Assembly: GCF_006345805.1 (NCBI RefSeq)
Contig: NC_043013.1
Coordinates: forward strand, 38,998,001-39,062,000
Source: Octopus sinensis
Taxonomy: Eukaryota
Direction of reading: 5' to 3'
DNA: 64,000 nucleotides
The position numbers and the translations under genes were made by a program. A model generated the notes under the pieces. The model made no database searches. It was given only the letters and a program-made list of their open reading frames with translations, and was not told the DNA's origin. This document shows positions 1 to 13,037 of this stretch, one piece after another (position 1 is the first letter of the stretch; each line of letters opens with the position of its first letter).

Positions 1-294
1 CCTACTCTCCTGACATTGCACCCTCTGATTTTCACCTCTTCCCAGCCATGAAGTTGCTTTTGAAAGGAAAGCGTTTCCCAGATGATGCAGCCTTGATTTC
101 TGAAGTCACGTCGCGGTTGGAGGACTAGACTGGGGTCTTCTACAAAAACGGTCTCCAGAGCTGCATCAAACGATGGGAGAAATGCGTAACTCTGGGTGGT
201 TCCTATGTAAAAAAAGACTAATAACTGTGCCAAGTTTCGTTGCTCTACTACCATGGGAAGTGGGTCAGGGGCATTACTTATTGAACGCCCCTCG
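1..294 (+). mobile_element. mariner transposon 3' end: decayed transposase plus right TIR
   Basis: The frame from nt 3 reads YSPDIAPSDFHLFPAMK...KGKRF...RWEKCV (mariner YSPDLAP motif) with an internal stop. It ends in ...TTATTGAACGCCCCTCG followed by TA. Confidence 0.9.
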
Positions 295-480
295 TACATA
301 AACATTAATAGTGCATGTGCCATTATTCCTACAAGATTGATACATAAAGATATTATTCTTGGGCTGAAGCCATGGGGTAGCTCCACACTTTATTGAATGC
401 ATGTCTTCCAGGTAATAATGTTAGTCCCATGTTGGCGAGGTCAGTCACCCTCCCATTCTATCTAGTAGAAAATATAACCA

Positions 481-787
481 GGCGGCGAGCTGGCAGAAAC
501 GTTAGAAAAAGCAGCGAGCTGGCAGAAACGTTAGAAAAGGCAGCGAGCTGGCAGAAACGTTAGCACGACGGTTGAAATGCTTAGCAGTTTTTCGTGTCTT
601 TACATTCTGAGTCCAAACTCCACCGAGGTTGACTTTGCCTTTCATCCTTTCGGGGTCGATAGATTAAGTACCAGTTACGCACTGGGGTCGATGTAATCGA
701 CTTAATCCCTCTGTCTGTCCTTGTTTGTCTCCTTTATGTTTGAAATCGTTGGGTCAAATCGTATTGTGGGCAATAAAGAAATAAGAA
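481..787 (+). mobile_element. tRNA-related SINE (my family B: GGCGGCGAGCTGGCAGAAACGTTAGC... head) with the head repeated three times
   Basis: Near-identical copies occur throughout the window. A ~30-bp head segment is repeated three times at 481-565. Confidence 0.8.
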
Positions 788-983
788 AATTTAGCCATTT
801 TCTAGAAAACTAGACACAGCAAGTTTTGTTGCACTCAAAGCTGCAATATCAATATCTAGTCGTGTTGCTTCTTTATCTATTCGACATTCAAGTATGTTTG
901 TACCATGCTGTAGGGTACGAATATCCCATGATGCAATGTTCATTATAATGTGCTACCTTCTACAAAAAGTTTTTTTTCTTGAC

Positions 984-1016
<33 letters not shown>

Positions 1017-1734
1017 TTCATTGGCTTTATTTTCGGTCATTAAACTTGGATGCCATGTTGATAGCAGTTAGGAACAAAGTAACTCAAGACTTGTTAAAAG
1101 AAACTTATCTATCTCTTTCCTCTGATTAAAAGAAATAAGTCCTACATGCAAAGGGTTACTTCGTCAAAAGGGCAAAACTGACGTGGACCATAATCCTCCT
1201 AGTCCGCAGCAACCATCACATCTTTGTTACTATCATGTGTGCTTATGACTGAGAGCTTCCACTAATATCCTCTACCTGCTCCTGTCGTTACTTTCCTTTC
1301 ACTGATGGACTTCTGGCGGGAGTGGATTGTTGTCTGTTTGAGGGACATTTGCAAGAGAATAAATTAAAATGAAGTTGGTTTGTGATTAACCATCTCCATT
1401 TTCCGTTCCTTAATTCTGCTAATCCGTTGGCATAGGGACCATGATGAGTAGGACAATAAAACTGTCTAAGAGACCAGCTTTGAAACAGAATATCAGTTGA
1501 CTTGAGATAAGATCTTTTTCCAATGAGGCTACTCCGTCACTACTGCTTAATGGCTTATAAAACCTCATCCTTATTGTGGTCTGTCTTGTTTTTGGTCCTG
1601 TAGAGTGTCCACCACACTCCTTCCAAATGACAAATCAGTTGAGGAACAGTTTTAGTTGTCGATCACTTGACCACGTGATAAATAATGCTGGATGCTATGT
1701 TGTCAGGTATGGGTTATACCTAACCTGATAAATT

Positions 1735-1950
1735 ATTGCCAAGATGCTGCTGAAACGATTCAATGAGCGCCTTTCTAAACAGATTCTCGTCCGAGAAAGT
1801 CTATATGGTTTTCTATAGAACTTGGAACAGACAGCTAGTACAGTTTCCAGTCTTTGTCAACTTCGGGAAAGGGCCAGGACAATTTCTTCGTGATTTTCGT
1901 TGATCTTACCAAAGTATTTGACAGAGTTAATCCTAAGGGCCAATGAAAGC
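1735..1950 (+). mobile_element. Decayed RTE-like LINE reverse transcriptase fragment
   Basis: Translates with frameshifts to AKMLLKRFNERL...SLYGF...FVIFVDLTKVFDRVN. Confidence 0.6.
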
Positions 1951-2595
1951 GCTCTCTCTCCCTCTTTCTCTCTCTCCACTTCATTCTCTTTCGCTGGAAG
2001 AAATCGGCACTATCTTCAGAACTGGAGAAAGATAAATTAAGTAGCGTGGATGGTGGGGATCGGTGAAGTGGGGCGCAGGTGATCAGCGGACGAGAGGGAG
2101 TAGGAGGAGCAGTCCGCTCCAGCTGACGCTTTCGTGGGGTGACACTTTTGGGTTTGCTGTATAAACAAAGCGGCAAACTCAAGGGCTGCCCTATGTGGTA
2201 TGTACTCTAGTTACACCGCTAGAGAGACTCCAGGATATACTGTATTTCACGAACGACTTCATCATGAAAGAAATAAAAAGACAAATATATGTTTATGTGT
2301 ATACGTTTTTGATTTTGTTTACATACCTTGAGTTGCTTCTGATTAATATTTGAATTTTTTCGGTGGTATGAAACGATGAGACATGCCAGCAGATGGTGTT
2401 TAAACCATTAAGAATATCCTCTAAGGCGTCGGTATGGCTGGCAGCAGGCCTTGCACGGTATACGGCATTGATACTCGTAGGTCAAAGCAATGACGAAACA
2501 TCGATGTCTGTCATTCAGAGAAGGGACCTAATGTGAGTTGTTGAGCTTGACTATGACTTACTTTCAGGTATTTTTTATACCAGGTGCATAGGGAA

Positions 2596-2988
2596 TATAT
2601 TCTTTTCTACTCTAGGCACAAGGCCCGCAATTTTTTGGGAGGGGGTCAATCAATTAGGTAAACCCCTTGGTACTTAATTTATCGACCCCGAAAGGATGAA
2701 AGGCAAAGTAGACCTCGGCACAATTTGAACTCAGAACGTAAAGACAGACGAAATACCTATTTCTTTACTATCCACAAGGGGCTAAACACAGAGGGGACAA
2801 ACAAGGACAGACAAACGGATTAAGTCGATTATATCTACCCCAGTGCGTAACTGGTACTTAATTTATCGACCCCGAAAGGATGAAAGGCAAAGTCGACCTC
2901 GGCGGAATTTGAACTCAGAACGTAGCGGCGGACGAGATACCGCTAAGCATTTCGCCCGACGTGCTAACGTTTCTGGCAGCTCGCCGCC
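2596..2988 (-). mobile_element. Family B SINE, dimeric body
   Basis: Two tandem body copies joined at ...GACGAAATAC|CTATTTCTTTA... (+ strand). Confidence 0.85.
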
Positions 2989-4069
2989 TTGTATAGAGAA
3001 TATATTCTCTTATACCTAAAAACCGCAGCCGACCCACGAACTAACAGCACACATACATTGTGTATGCGTGTTCGATTTTGTTAATATACCTAAAAACCGC
3101 TTCTAATTCATATTTGAAATATATGTTTAGTTTCAAATCTAGATCGCGATGGGTCAAAATTGTTAATAAAAAGAGAGAGAGAAAGAGAAAGAAAAAAAGG
3201 GGGTGGGAGAAACCCATAACTAACACGAAAAGCAACCGTCTTTTCCGTTTAATCAAGCATTCGTAATTTATAAAGGAACTTAAGATTTTTGCCGTCATAT
3301 TGTCATATTCTTTTTATTGGTTATCTTTGTTGTACACTGAGCTGACACGATAGCACGACATGCAAGGCGGAGCTAGATAAGCAGGTTTAAACAAATGACA
3401 AGACAAGATGACTACGAGAAACTTCAAACTATCAATGAGAATGGGAAAAAACCGAAATAGGGAAGACTTGTTGACATTATTTTGGTGTTGATCAGATCGA
3501 ATTAACAACGTGATATCCAATTTGTTTGATGCAAGGAGGAGAGGTAGTGAGTGTCGGGTTTAAATGAAAGCGAAGATTTTTGGTTGGGGTGATATGATAG
3601 CAGTGGATATGTAATGTTAGGGGGTGGTGGCGAAGACGGATGTTGAGGTGGGGGAGGAGTGGAGACGGTGCTCGTCAGCGCGATAATAGAGATAAATGTG
3701 TTTGTAGTCATGAAGGCGTGGTGCCGGTGTAACGTGTTACAGTAGGAGGAGGAGGTGGTGTAGCTGCTATTGATAGCAGTAATTGTCATGGTGGTAGTGG
3801 TGGTTATGATTGAGGGGTGGTAAGAGGTGTTTGATTAAGGCAGCGCAGGTAGTGGTGGTGGTGTTGACGGCGGCGGTGGTGTCTTTTGTTGCAGCAAAGG
3901 TATTTGCTATTATGATGCGTGTAATAGTGCAGTTAGCAGTAAGTCCTACAAATATATAGACACACACACAAACATACATACGTACATACATACATACATA
4001 CATACATACATACACACATACATACACACATACATACATACATACATACATACATACATACATACACAT

Positions 4070-4209
4070 AAAGTAGCTTACTTATCAACCACATGGTTCT
4101 GGGTTCAGTCCTACTCTGTGGAACCTTGGGCAAGTATCTACTACTAAAGCCTAGGGCCGACCAAAGCCTTGTGAGTGGATTTGGTAGACGGAAACTGAAA
4201 CTGTGTGTT

Positions 4210-4259
<50 letters not shown>

Positions 4260-4480
4260 TGTGTATGTGTGTTTGTGTGTGTGTGTCTGTGTTTGTCCCC
4301 CACCATCGCTTGACAACCGATGCTGGTGTATTTACGTCCCCGTAACCTAGCGGTTCGGCAAAAGAGACCGATAGAATAAGTAGTAGGCTTACAAAGAGTA
4401 AGTCCTGGGATCGATTTGGTCGACCAAAGGTGGTGCTCCGGTATGGCCGCAGTCAAATGACTGAACAAGTAAAAGAATAA
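4070..4480 (+). mobile_element. tRNA-related SINE (my family A: ...GTAAGTAGCTTGCTTACCAACCAC... head, internal microsatellite, ...GACTGAAACAAGTAAAAGA tail)
   Basis: The same sequence recurs more than 10 times in the window. Confidence 0.85.
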
Positions 4481-4562
4481 AGAAATAAAAGAAAAGAACA
4501 CACACACATATACATACATATACATACATACACACACACACACACATATATACACATATATA

Positions 4563-4595
<33 letters not shown>

Positions 4596-5216
4596 AACAT
4601 ATGCATATCTATAATATAAATTGTTGTAGTCTTGTATCCTTTCTTCTCTTGAGGTTCACAGCCAAACGGCTGGGTGGATTCGCGTGAAAAATGGCACACA
4701 GGTGTAAACGGGTCCATACATTGTGCTGTCATTTGTATTTTTTCCTAGCCCCCACAGTTACCGAGAAAATCGATTAAAACTTTTTCTAAAGGAATTCCCC
4801 ATTCAAAGGTGATTGCGCCTGCCATTTAGCCGTGTTTTGGGCGATTTTGATCAAACCAATTTTGTGAAATAGAGCGATTTTTTCTACATATAGTGGGGAG
4901 GGTTCGCTTTTCAAAACTTTCAGTACAAGGAGGAAGAAAAAATTAGGATTCAATTTTTTTTTACTATTTTGCTCAAAGCTGAGCGTAAAAGCGCAGAAGG
5001 ATTAATGCAGCGAGAAGTTAGCAATGTATGCAAGCTGCTTCATGTCAAAAGATGTCAATCGATTTCTATCTCAAAAATTGCTTGATCTAAAGTTCGAATA
5101 CCAGCAAGCTCATATGCATTTTTGAGCTTATAGGAATTGTAGACTAAAATCAATGTGGGAAAACTAATGAAAAATATTTATGCAACTATTTATGTTCTAC
5201 ATTGTCTAAAGGCATA

Positions 5217-5610
5217 TCTATATAAATAAAACTGTAGTTGTGTGAGTGTCTGTCCCCTTCGATTTAGATTCCTAACTACTCCCACATTTTGCGGTGCAGT
5301 TTAACCAAAACCGGGTATCTTATAGTCGTGATTCATATCGAGCCCTTCTGGGTATTAGCGCGCGTCTACGATGAGTCTACGATTTTAAAAATAATTTACC
5401 ATCATTTTTTTCCATTTTCATGCATATTTTTTTTAAAGGGAAGTAACTCTCTAAAAATGTCTACGATTAGTCAACGATTTTTAAAAAAAATTACCATCAT
5501 ATTTTTTCCATTTTTAATGCATTTTTTGCTATTTTTTGGCTATAACTCTCTAAAAATGCTGTATAGTTATTTCCCTTACAAACCCGAGCAACGCCGGGTG
5601 ATACTGCTAG
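5217..5610 (+). mobile_element. Non-autonomous Helitron-like element
   Basis: 5' TC start, subterminal hairpin CCCGAGCAACGCCGGG, 3' CTAG end, inserted between A and T. A related copy lies inverted at 37295-37661. Confidence 0.7.
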
Positions 5611-6625
5611 TCTTATATAAATTGGACATGGGCGATCGTTGTATTCTCGTCTAATATATAAATCCCGTTCTGTCTGTCTGTTTGTGCGCTTATAACTCGA
5701 GTATTGTTCATCTGATCACGCTGAAATTTTGAACATGGATACATGAAAGAGCGGGGCGTTCTGTAATCTAAAAAGATTTTCAAAATTGTCGCTATTTTTG
5801 TAATTTTTTGCATCCTATTTCTTACGTCATACTGTTCATTAAAAGCAACGAGTTGCTCAGACAGCCGGCACATACCATTTCGCTGGCAACAAGGAAAGTA
5901 CAGGATGACAGTCAACCAAAACTGTCGCTATCTGTCTCACTTCTTTCCTCTCTCAGTCCCCCTCTCTCAATACGTAGAGTGCTCAATATGATTATTTAAC
6001 TTAAAGCAACAGTCGTCAAATGCAAAAAGCCTAAGAAATGTTAATACATACATATATACATACATAAGACAGTAAGGTGTGATTTGAGGGAGATTTGGCT
6101 GTTATTTCTACCATGTGTGGCTACCATGTAGAAGTCTCCCTCATTGGCTCATCTAATATATAATCCCGTTCTGTCTGTCTGGGTTTTTTTTTTCGTTTAT
6201 ATCTCGAGTATTGTTCATCCGATCGCGCTGAAAGGACAAAGACAAAGACAGGTGTACGAACAACAAGCAGGTGTATTAGTTTGACGCTCGGGAAAGAGAG
6301 AAAGTCTTTTACGTTTCGAGCCTACGCTCTTAAACACAAAGGAATATAAGGAAAGAAATAGAGAAAGAATTTTTAAAATCTTGTGGATTTAGCGGTCAAG
6401 CATGGCGAATATATATATATATATTCTTTTATTTTTTATTTGCTTCAGTCATTAGACTGTGACCATCCTGGAGCACCGCCTTGAGGAGTTTTATTCGAAC
6501 AAATCGCCCCCAGGACTTATTTTTTGAAGCCTAGTACTTATCCCATTGTACCCTTTTGCTGAACCGCTAAGTTACGAGGACGTAATGTTGGGATTAATTT
6601 TCACAGCTTCATGGGCATGTTATTA

Positions 6626-6626
<1 letters not shown>

Positions 6627-6716
<90 letters not shown>

Positions 6717-6728
6717 GTGTGTGTGTGT

Positions 6729-6810
<82 letters not shown>
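6627..6810. repeat. (GT)n microsatellite, about 185 bp
   Basis: Direct reading; accounts for the six overlapping HT/CV ORFs. Confidence 0.98.
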
Positions 6811-6811
<1 letters not shown>

Positions 6812-7124
6812 CGCGCGCATTTGATATATACATACATGTACGTATATATACATGTATATAGTGAATCAACGTGGTCTGCTTTTTAAAATGCTGTATTTGA
6901 GTCACCTTGTGAAGCACTCGGGTATGCTAAGAGAAAGCACCAAGATTGGTTCGTCTCAAATGATCCAGACATTTTCCTCTTTTGGACAATGTGCATAAGT
7001 GCCACTGTCAATGGATGTCAAACAAAAATAATGCCACAAAACGCAAGGTTAAAAAGGCCGTCAATCCCAACTAAGGCGAATGAAACAGACATGGAGACGA
7101 AACAAGGCACAAGGCTATGGAACA

Positions 7125-7830
7125 GCTACGTTGAAAGTGAAAGTTGATGTATATCAGTCGGTGGTTTTGACATCATTAATTTATGGTGCTGAATCTTGGA
7201 CTTTGTACCGAAAGCACATCAACCAACTTGACGCTTTTCATATGCGATACTTGTGTAATATCACCAACATAAAACTGAGTGACTATATTCATAACAGTGA
7301 GGTGCTAAAAAAATGCAATATATCAGGTATTGAAACCATCCTCATCAAAATACACCTTAGATGGTCAGGTCATTTCTCACCTATAAGTGATGTCAGAATT
7401 TCGAAGCAACTTCCCTTTGGCTAATTCCCAACAGGAAGGTCAGTTGGAAGGTCACTCTTGCGCTTCAAAGACAAACTAAAAGATAATCTGAAGCGATGCA
7501 ACGTTCTCTTTTCTTCCTGGGAAAACAAAGCATCAGAATGCAGAACCTGGCGCCAGTCTTGTTTCTCCTCAGTTCGAGTATCGAGACCAATTTCAGGCAA
7601 ACATTAAGGCACGCTAGCAAAATGCTGTTCTTCTAAATGGAAACCTTGCCTGTCGTTATAGTTTTGTGACACGAAGCAGAGCAGGCCCAGTCGTTCACTC
7701 AAGAAAACACAGTAAATTATCCACAATCACTCGAGCAAACTGAGTCCTCAACTTGTTCCCTTTGCCAAAATGTTTGCAAGGCACCAGCAGACCTCAAGAG
7801 ACACATTCGTGTCCATAGACCGCTTATTTT
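7125..7830 (+). mobile_element. RTE-clade LINE 3' fragment
   Basis: KVDVYQSVVLTSLIYGAESWTLY...LRWSGH...LRFKDKLKDNLK, ending in a C2H2-like CQNVCK..DLKRHIRVH. Contains stops and frameshifts. Confidence 0.88.
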
Positions 7831-7932
7831 ACTAAACCATTATTTGTTGTTCACAAGAGAATCCATCAGATGTGTGTGTATATATATATATATATATATA
7901 CATACATATCAAACACACACACACACACACAC

Positions 7933-7983
<51 letters not shown>

Positions 7984-9259
7984 ACATCAAATATTGATGT
8001 ATATCAAAACGTATAACTCTTATTGCTACGGACTTACAAATAGAGTAATGTTGATGGTTTTTCATGTGCCCAAAGATATCAGCCAAAGCCCGCTCAGATC
8101 ACACGCTACTTCTTTGTGCTTGATGAGGACACATTGGATGTAATCTACGGTACCCTGAAAATATATAATCTCACTGGAATTAATTTTATAGAAGTTGAGA
8201 GAATGCTAAGTACAGTGGCAGTTTATACGCAAATATTCAAAATTGATAAATACTAATTCTCTGGCCGAAATTATCTCATACATTACCTTTCAATACCTTT
8301 CAGAATCACTCTCATATACATTTTATCTCTCAAGTATTTTGTTACATAAAATAATCAGTTAATAAAATGGACATACTTTAAATTACTCATATTTTTTACT
8401 GCTTAGTGCGAGATAAAATAGAAGCCCTTAACATACTATCGTACTCGATGACATAAGATATACAGCGGAAACACACACAGAAACACCAACAATTTTTTAA
8501 TCCTTGTTCTCTGACGGAAATTACTTCATACATGATCTTTCATTAATCTTTGCTAATGACTCTTGTATATATTTTATCTCTCAAGTATTAAGTTACATGA
8601 GACAAAATGTCAGTAAAATAAACATAATTTAAACAAGAACATTCGAAGAGCGCAAACCTCCACCAAGGCAACACCAACGTCCTATCAACGATCAGCTGGA
8701 GATGATTTTTAAAATAGAATATCTTAAATAAACTCAACTGCTCTCACAAACGATAATACTAAAAATGAACCCGAACGCTCTCAAAAATTAAGTAAAAAAA
8801 ACACGAAAAATAAACCAGAATCATTTCCGGTACCTGATCGATCCCAAAATCTAATCTGTTCGTGCCAGTCACGAGGTCAAACATTCCTGGAAGTTTCAGC
8901 CGAAACCATCCGGCAGTTCTTTAGATATCTTCTCCACGGACAAACAAGCAAACACCACTGAAAGCAATACTCCTAGCTTCGCTAAGACGGATGTAATTAC
9001 TTATATTTTTACAGCTTAGTAGAAGGGGAAATAGCAGCTCTTATTGTATTACCCTATCCGATGGTATAAAAGATGCACAGACATGTGAGACGCACTTTTA
9101 ATTTCAGCAGCGCATGTTCAGGGAAATGTGCTTTTAGTGCATTAAAAATTATGGGAGATCAAGATTGGTCCCACTGGAGATCAAAGATGCTTCTATTGTC
9201 TATCTTTATAATCACGAAGGCAAAAAATGTGAATGTGACGACATAAAGGTATCTCCTTT

Positions 9260-9480
9260 TGTGTGTTATCGGGAAGATCCTTGGAAAGGTTATCTTAAAC
9301 AGACTAAATGATGCCCTTGACAGCTTAGTGTGGCCTTAATATTAGTTTGGATTTCGGGCTTGTAGAGGCACAGTGGACATAATTTTTAGTCAAAGGCAGC
9401 TGCAGGAAAAGGCACTTGAGCACAACCGAAACCTTTTTCTCACTTTTGTAGATCTAACTAAAACTTTCGACACTACATCT
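9260..9480 (+). mobile_element. RTE-like LINE RT fragment
   Basis: GKVILNRL...FGFRACRGTVDIIFSQRQLQEKALEHNRNLFLTFVDLTKTFDT, with stops. Confidence 0.8.
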
Positions 9481-9842
9481 AACTTCGTGTATAGGGTCCG
9501 GTATGAGATTTTTTTAATGTCATATATATCATCAAATACAGTATATTTTTAAGCGGTTCCGAGACAGTTGTAAATTAGCGGGTGAGTTATTATCATTCCA
9601 AAGATATTGCTCGAATACTTGAAGCAATAACCTCCACATTAATAAGAGGCATCCGTGGATGAGGTAGGAGAGGTAGCGATGTTAAATTAGAGAATGGATT
9701 AAGCCCACCACGCAACACCTCGGGACTAAAACAGCTGGAGTACATTCCACAGGACATTTCATCCGACATCTTAACAATCCCTTTAATTTACTGATCTGGA
9801 GTGATGCTTTATTTATTGACCGGGAAAGGGAAAAACAATAAC

Positions 9843-9936
9843 TCCTTTGCCGAACCGCTAAGTTACGGGGACGTAAACACACCAGCATCGGTCGTCAAGC
9901 CATGTTGGCGGGACAAACACAGACACATACAAACGT

Positions 9937-9980
<44 letters not shown>

Positions 9981-10004
9981 TCATATATATATATATATAT
10001 ATAG

Positions 10005-10090
<86 letters not shown>

Positions 10091-11133
10091 GACTTCTTTC
10101 AGTTTCCATCTACTAAATCCACACACAAGGCTCTGGTCGGCCCGAGGCTATAGTAGAAGACACTTGCCCAAGGTGCCACGCAGAGGGACTGAACCCGGAA
10201 CCATGTGGTTGGTAAGCAAGCTACTTTATTTCATAAAATTTGTCATCATAGACAGTACACAGAGTGTGTAGCTTTGCGGGCTGAACAAACACATTAATGA
10301 ATGAAAATGAAATAGAATGAATAAATGAGAGACGAAACCCAACACCCGCCGATTGGATTTTTCTCGAAAACATATTTTCTTTTTTTAAAAATCAATATGA
10401 GGTTTCAAACCTCTTACAAGAAGGAGGCACTAAAACCTCTTACTTAACAGGGTTTTTTTTTAAACACACAATTAAGGTTATAAACCACTACAAATAATAC
10501 AATAAGATGAGGTTTCAAACCCTATAACGAGGGTCTTTCACCTCCTACTCTTCGATATATCCATCGATATAGTCATCATTATCTTCAATGCCGCTTGAGT
10601 TCCTGTATCCCGCCATTTCCCATGCCTCACTCATGTAGGACATGTCAGTCGTGAAAGGGCCACCCGGCCATATGCGACACTCCTCCCCAAATCCTTTAAG
10701 CCTTTCCCACAAGGGAAATCTTATGACCTCCACAGCTATCTGCGGAGGCCATTTGGGATCCCGTGTGAAGGGCATATCTACTGTCTCTTTATGTTCTTCT
10801 ACTATTTTTTCCACATCCCCGCCCTTATAGAAAATGATAATTAACTGATCATCTTTAAGGGTGGGGGTGGTTTCTTCCACCGTGGGTGGCACAACTTCGG
10901 GACATGCAGATGGCACATCATCTCCCCGCTGAGATGACCCGTTCTTCTTCCTTCTTTTTTTCTTTTCTTCCTGACTTCGGGAGAGTGGAGCTCTTCCGCT
11001 TTGTCCGGAGACTCTCCCTCGCCTCCCGAAGCTTAGATCTGTTGCGGCCGATGGGGTCCACAGGGTCAAAATCGCTTTTGACCCTTCCCAATCGACCGCC
11101 GCAAGCTACTTACCTCACAGCCACTCCTACGCC
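9843..11133 (-). mobile_element. Family A SINE split by the 874-bp insertion (body 9843-10226, head 11101-11133)
   Basis: Intact copies (e.g. about 30715-30755) read GGTAAGCAAGCTACTTACCACACAGCCACTCCTACGCC. Here GCAAGCTACTT is duplicated and the two halves are 874 bp apart. Confidence 0.9.
10227..11100 (-). mobile_element. 874-bp TSD-flanked retro-insertion with an unidentified 184-codon ORF (11099-10545) and an AT-rich 3' UTR
   Basis: 11-bp direct repeat GCAAGCTACTT at 10216-10226 and 11101-11111. The frame is open from the 5' junction to TAG, and the coding part is visibly more GC-rich than the flanks. Confidence 0.8.
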
Positions 11134-11366
11134 AATAGTAATTTTAAATGAAATATATTTCCTACTCCACCATAAATGTTTTAATATATTCCATCTTATA
11201 TAAGTATCGATATTATATTATAAAACGGCCAGTGATTATTTTCGATTAAATATTTTTCGATAAATATTATTGGAGATCCATAAGAACATCTTCTGACCGT
11301 TTTAAATTTTCTTTACGTAATTATTTTATCCATTTGAATTTTATTGTTCTTTTTATTCTATGTGGA

Positions 11367-11746
11367 AGCACTCCGTCGGTTACGACGACGAGGGTTCCGG
11401 TTGATCCGAATCAACGGAACAGCCTGCTCGTGAAATTAACGTGTAAGTGGCTGAGCACTCCACAGACACGTGTACCCTTAACGTAGTTCTCGGGGATATT
11501 CAGCATGACACAGAGAGTTACAAGGCCGGCCCCTTGAAATTCAGGTACAACAGAAACAGGAAGTAAGAGTGAGAGAAAGTTGTGGTGAAAGAGTACAGCA
11601 GGGATCACCACCATCCCCTGCCGGAGCCTCGTGGAGCTTTTAGGTGTTTTCGCTCAATAAACACTCACAACGCCCGGTCTGGGAATCGAAACCGCGATCC
11701 TATGACCGCGAGTCCGCTGCCCTAACCACTGGGCCATTGCGCCTCC
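11367..11746. mobile_element. Adjacent SINE fragments (GCACTCCGTCGGTTACGACG... family, plus my family D on the minus strand at 11570-11746)
   Basis: Matches copies at about 15125-15460, 36870-37170, 50990-51300, 51865-52163 and 55935-56213. Confidence 0.7.
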
Positions 11747-11922
11747 CATTCCTACATATACATCGTTCAGGCATATGAGTATGTCTGAATATGTACAAAT
11801 GTATGCATTTCAGTGCACATGTGTATATAGTACCTATGACTGGGGAATGCAACAGCAAAATCTCTATATGGGTTTGATTATTAATTTTTATGAACGTGTG
11901 TGTATGTGTGAATATATATATA

Positions 11923-12519
11923 TTTCTTTACTGCCCACAAGGGGCTAAACACAAAGAGGACAAACAAGGACAGACAAATAGATTAAGTCGATTACATCGA
12001 CCCCAGTGCGAAACTGGTACTTTATTTATCGACCCCGAAAGGATGAAAGGCAAAGTCGACCTCGACGGAATTTGAACTCAGAACGTAACGACAGACGAAA
12101 TACCTATTTCTTTATTACCCACAAGGGGCTAAACATAGAGTGGACAAACAAGGACAGACATAGGTATTAAGTCGATTACATCGACACCGGTGCGTAACTG
12201 GTTCTTAATTTATCGACCCCGAAAGGATGAAAGGCAAAGTCGACCTCGGCGGAATTTGAACTCAGAACGTAACGACAGACGAAATACCTATTTCTTTATT
12301 ACCCACAAGGGGCTAAACATAGAGGGGACAAACAAGGACAGACATAGGTATTAAGTCGATTACATCGACCCCAGTGCGTAACTGGTACTTTATTTATCGA
12401 CGCCGAAAGGATGAAAGGCAAAGTCGACCTCGGCGGAATTTGAACTCAGAACGTAACGGCAGACGAAATGCGGCTACGCATTTCGCCCGGCGCGCTAACG
12501 TCTCTGCCAGCTCGCCGCC
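11923..12519 (-). mobile_element. Family B SINE with three tandem body copies
   Basis: Units of about 180 bp joined twice by the same GACGAAATAC|CTATTTCTTTA junction. Confidence 0.88.
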
Positions 12520-12705
12520 TTATGTATGTGTGAATATATACATAAGACGGACTGTTAGGCGTAACAGGATGTGAGCGTATAAATACGTAAATAATATTAG
12601 TGTGTATAAATGTATCTATGTGTAGATGTGCTTGCGTGTGTGTGTAGGAGCATGTTTAACACGGTACATATAGCAAAATGTGATACGTTTGTATATTAAT
12701 TGTGT

Positions 12706-13037
12706 GAGTGGCTGTGTGGTAAGTAGCTTGCTAACCAACCACATGGTTCAGGGTTCAGTCTCACTGCGTTGCATCTTGGGCGAGTGTCTTCTACTATAGC
12801 CTCGTCGTATATATGTATATATATATGCGTGTGTGTGTTTGTGTGTCTGTGTTTTCCCCCCTAGCATTGCTTGACAACCGATGCTGGTGTGTTTACGTCC
12901 CCGTCACTTAGCGGTTCGGCAAAAAGAGACCAATAGAATAAGTACTGGGCTTACAAAGAATAAGTCCCGGGGTCGATGTGCTCGACTAAAGGCGGTGCTC
13001 CAGCATGGCCACAGTCAAATGACTGAAACAAGTAAGA
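12706..13037 (+). mobile_element. Family A SINE
   Basis: Matches the 4070-4480 copy. Confidence 0.85.

Noticed and set aside
3502-4069. Pro/Thr/His-rich minus-strand ORFs
   Set aside because: Degenerate (GGT/AGT/GAG)n low-complexity DNA with no splice or homology support.
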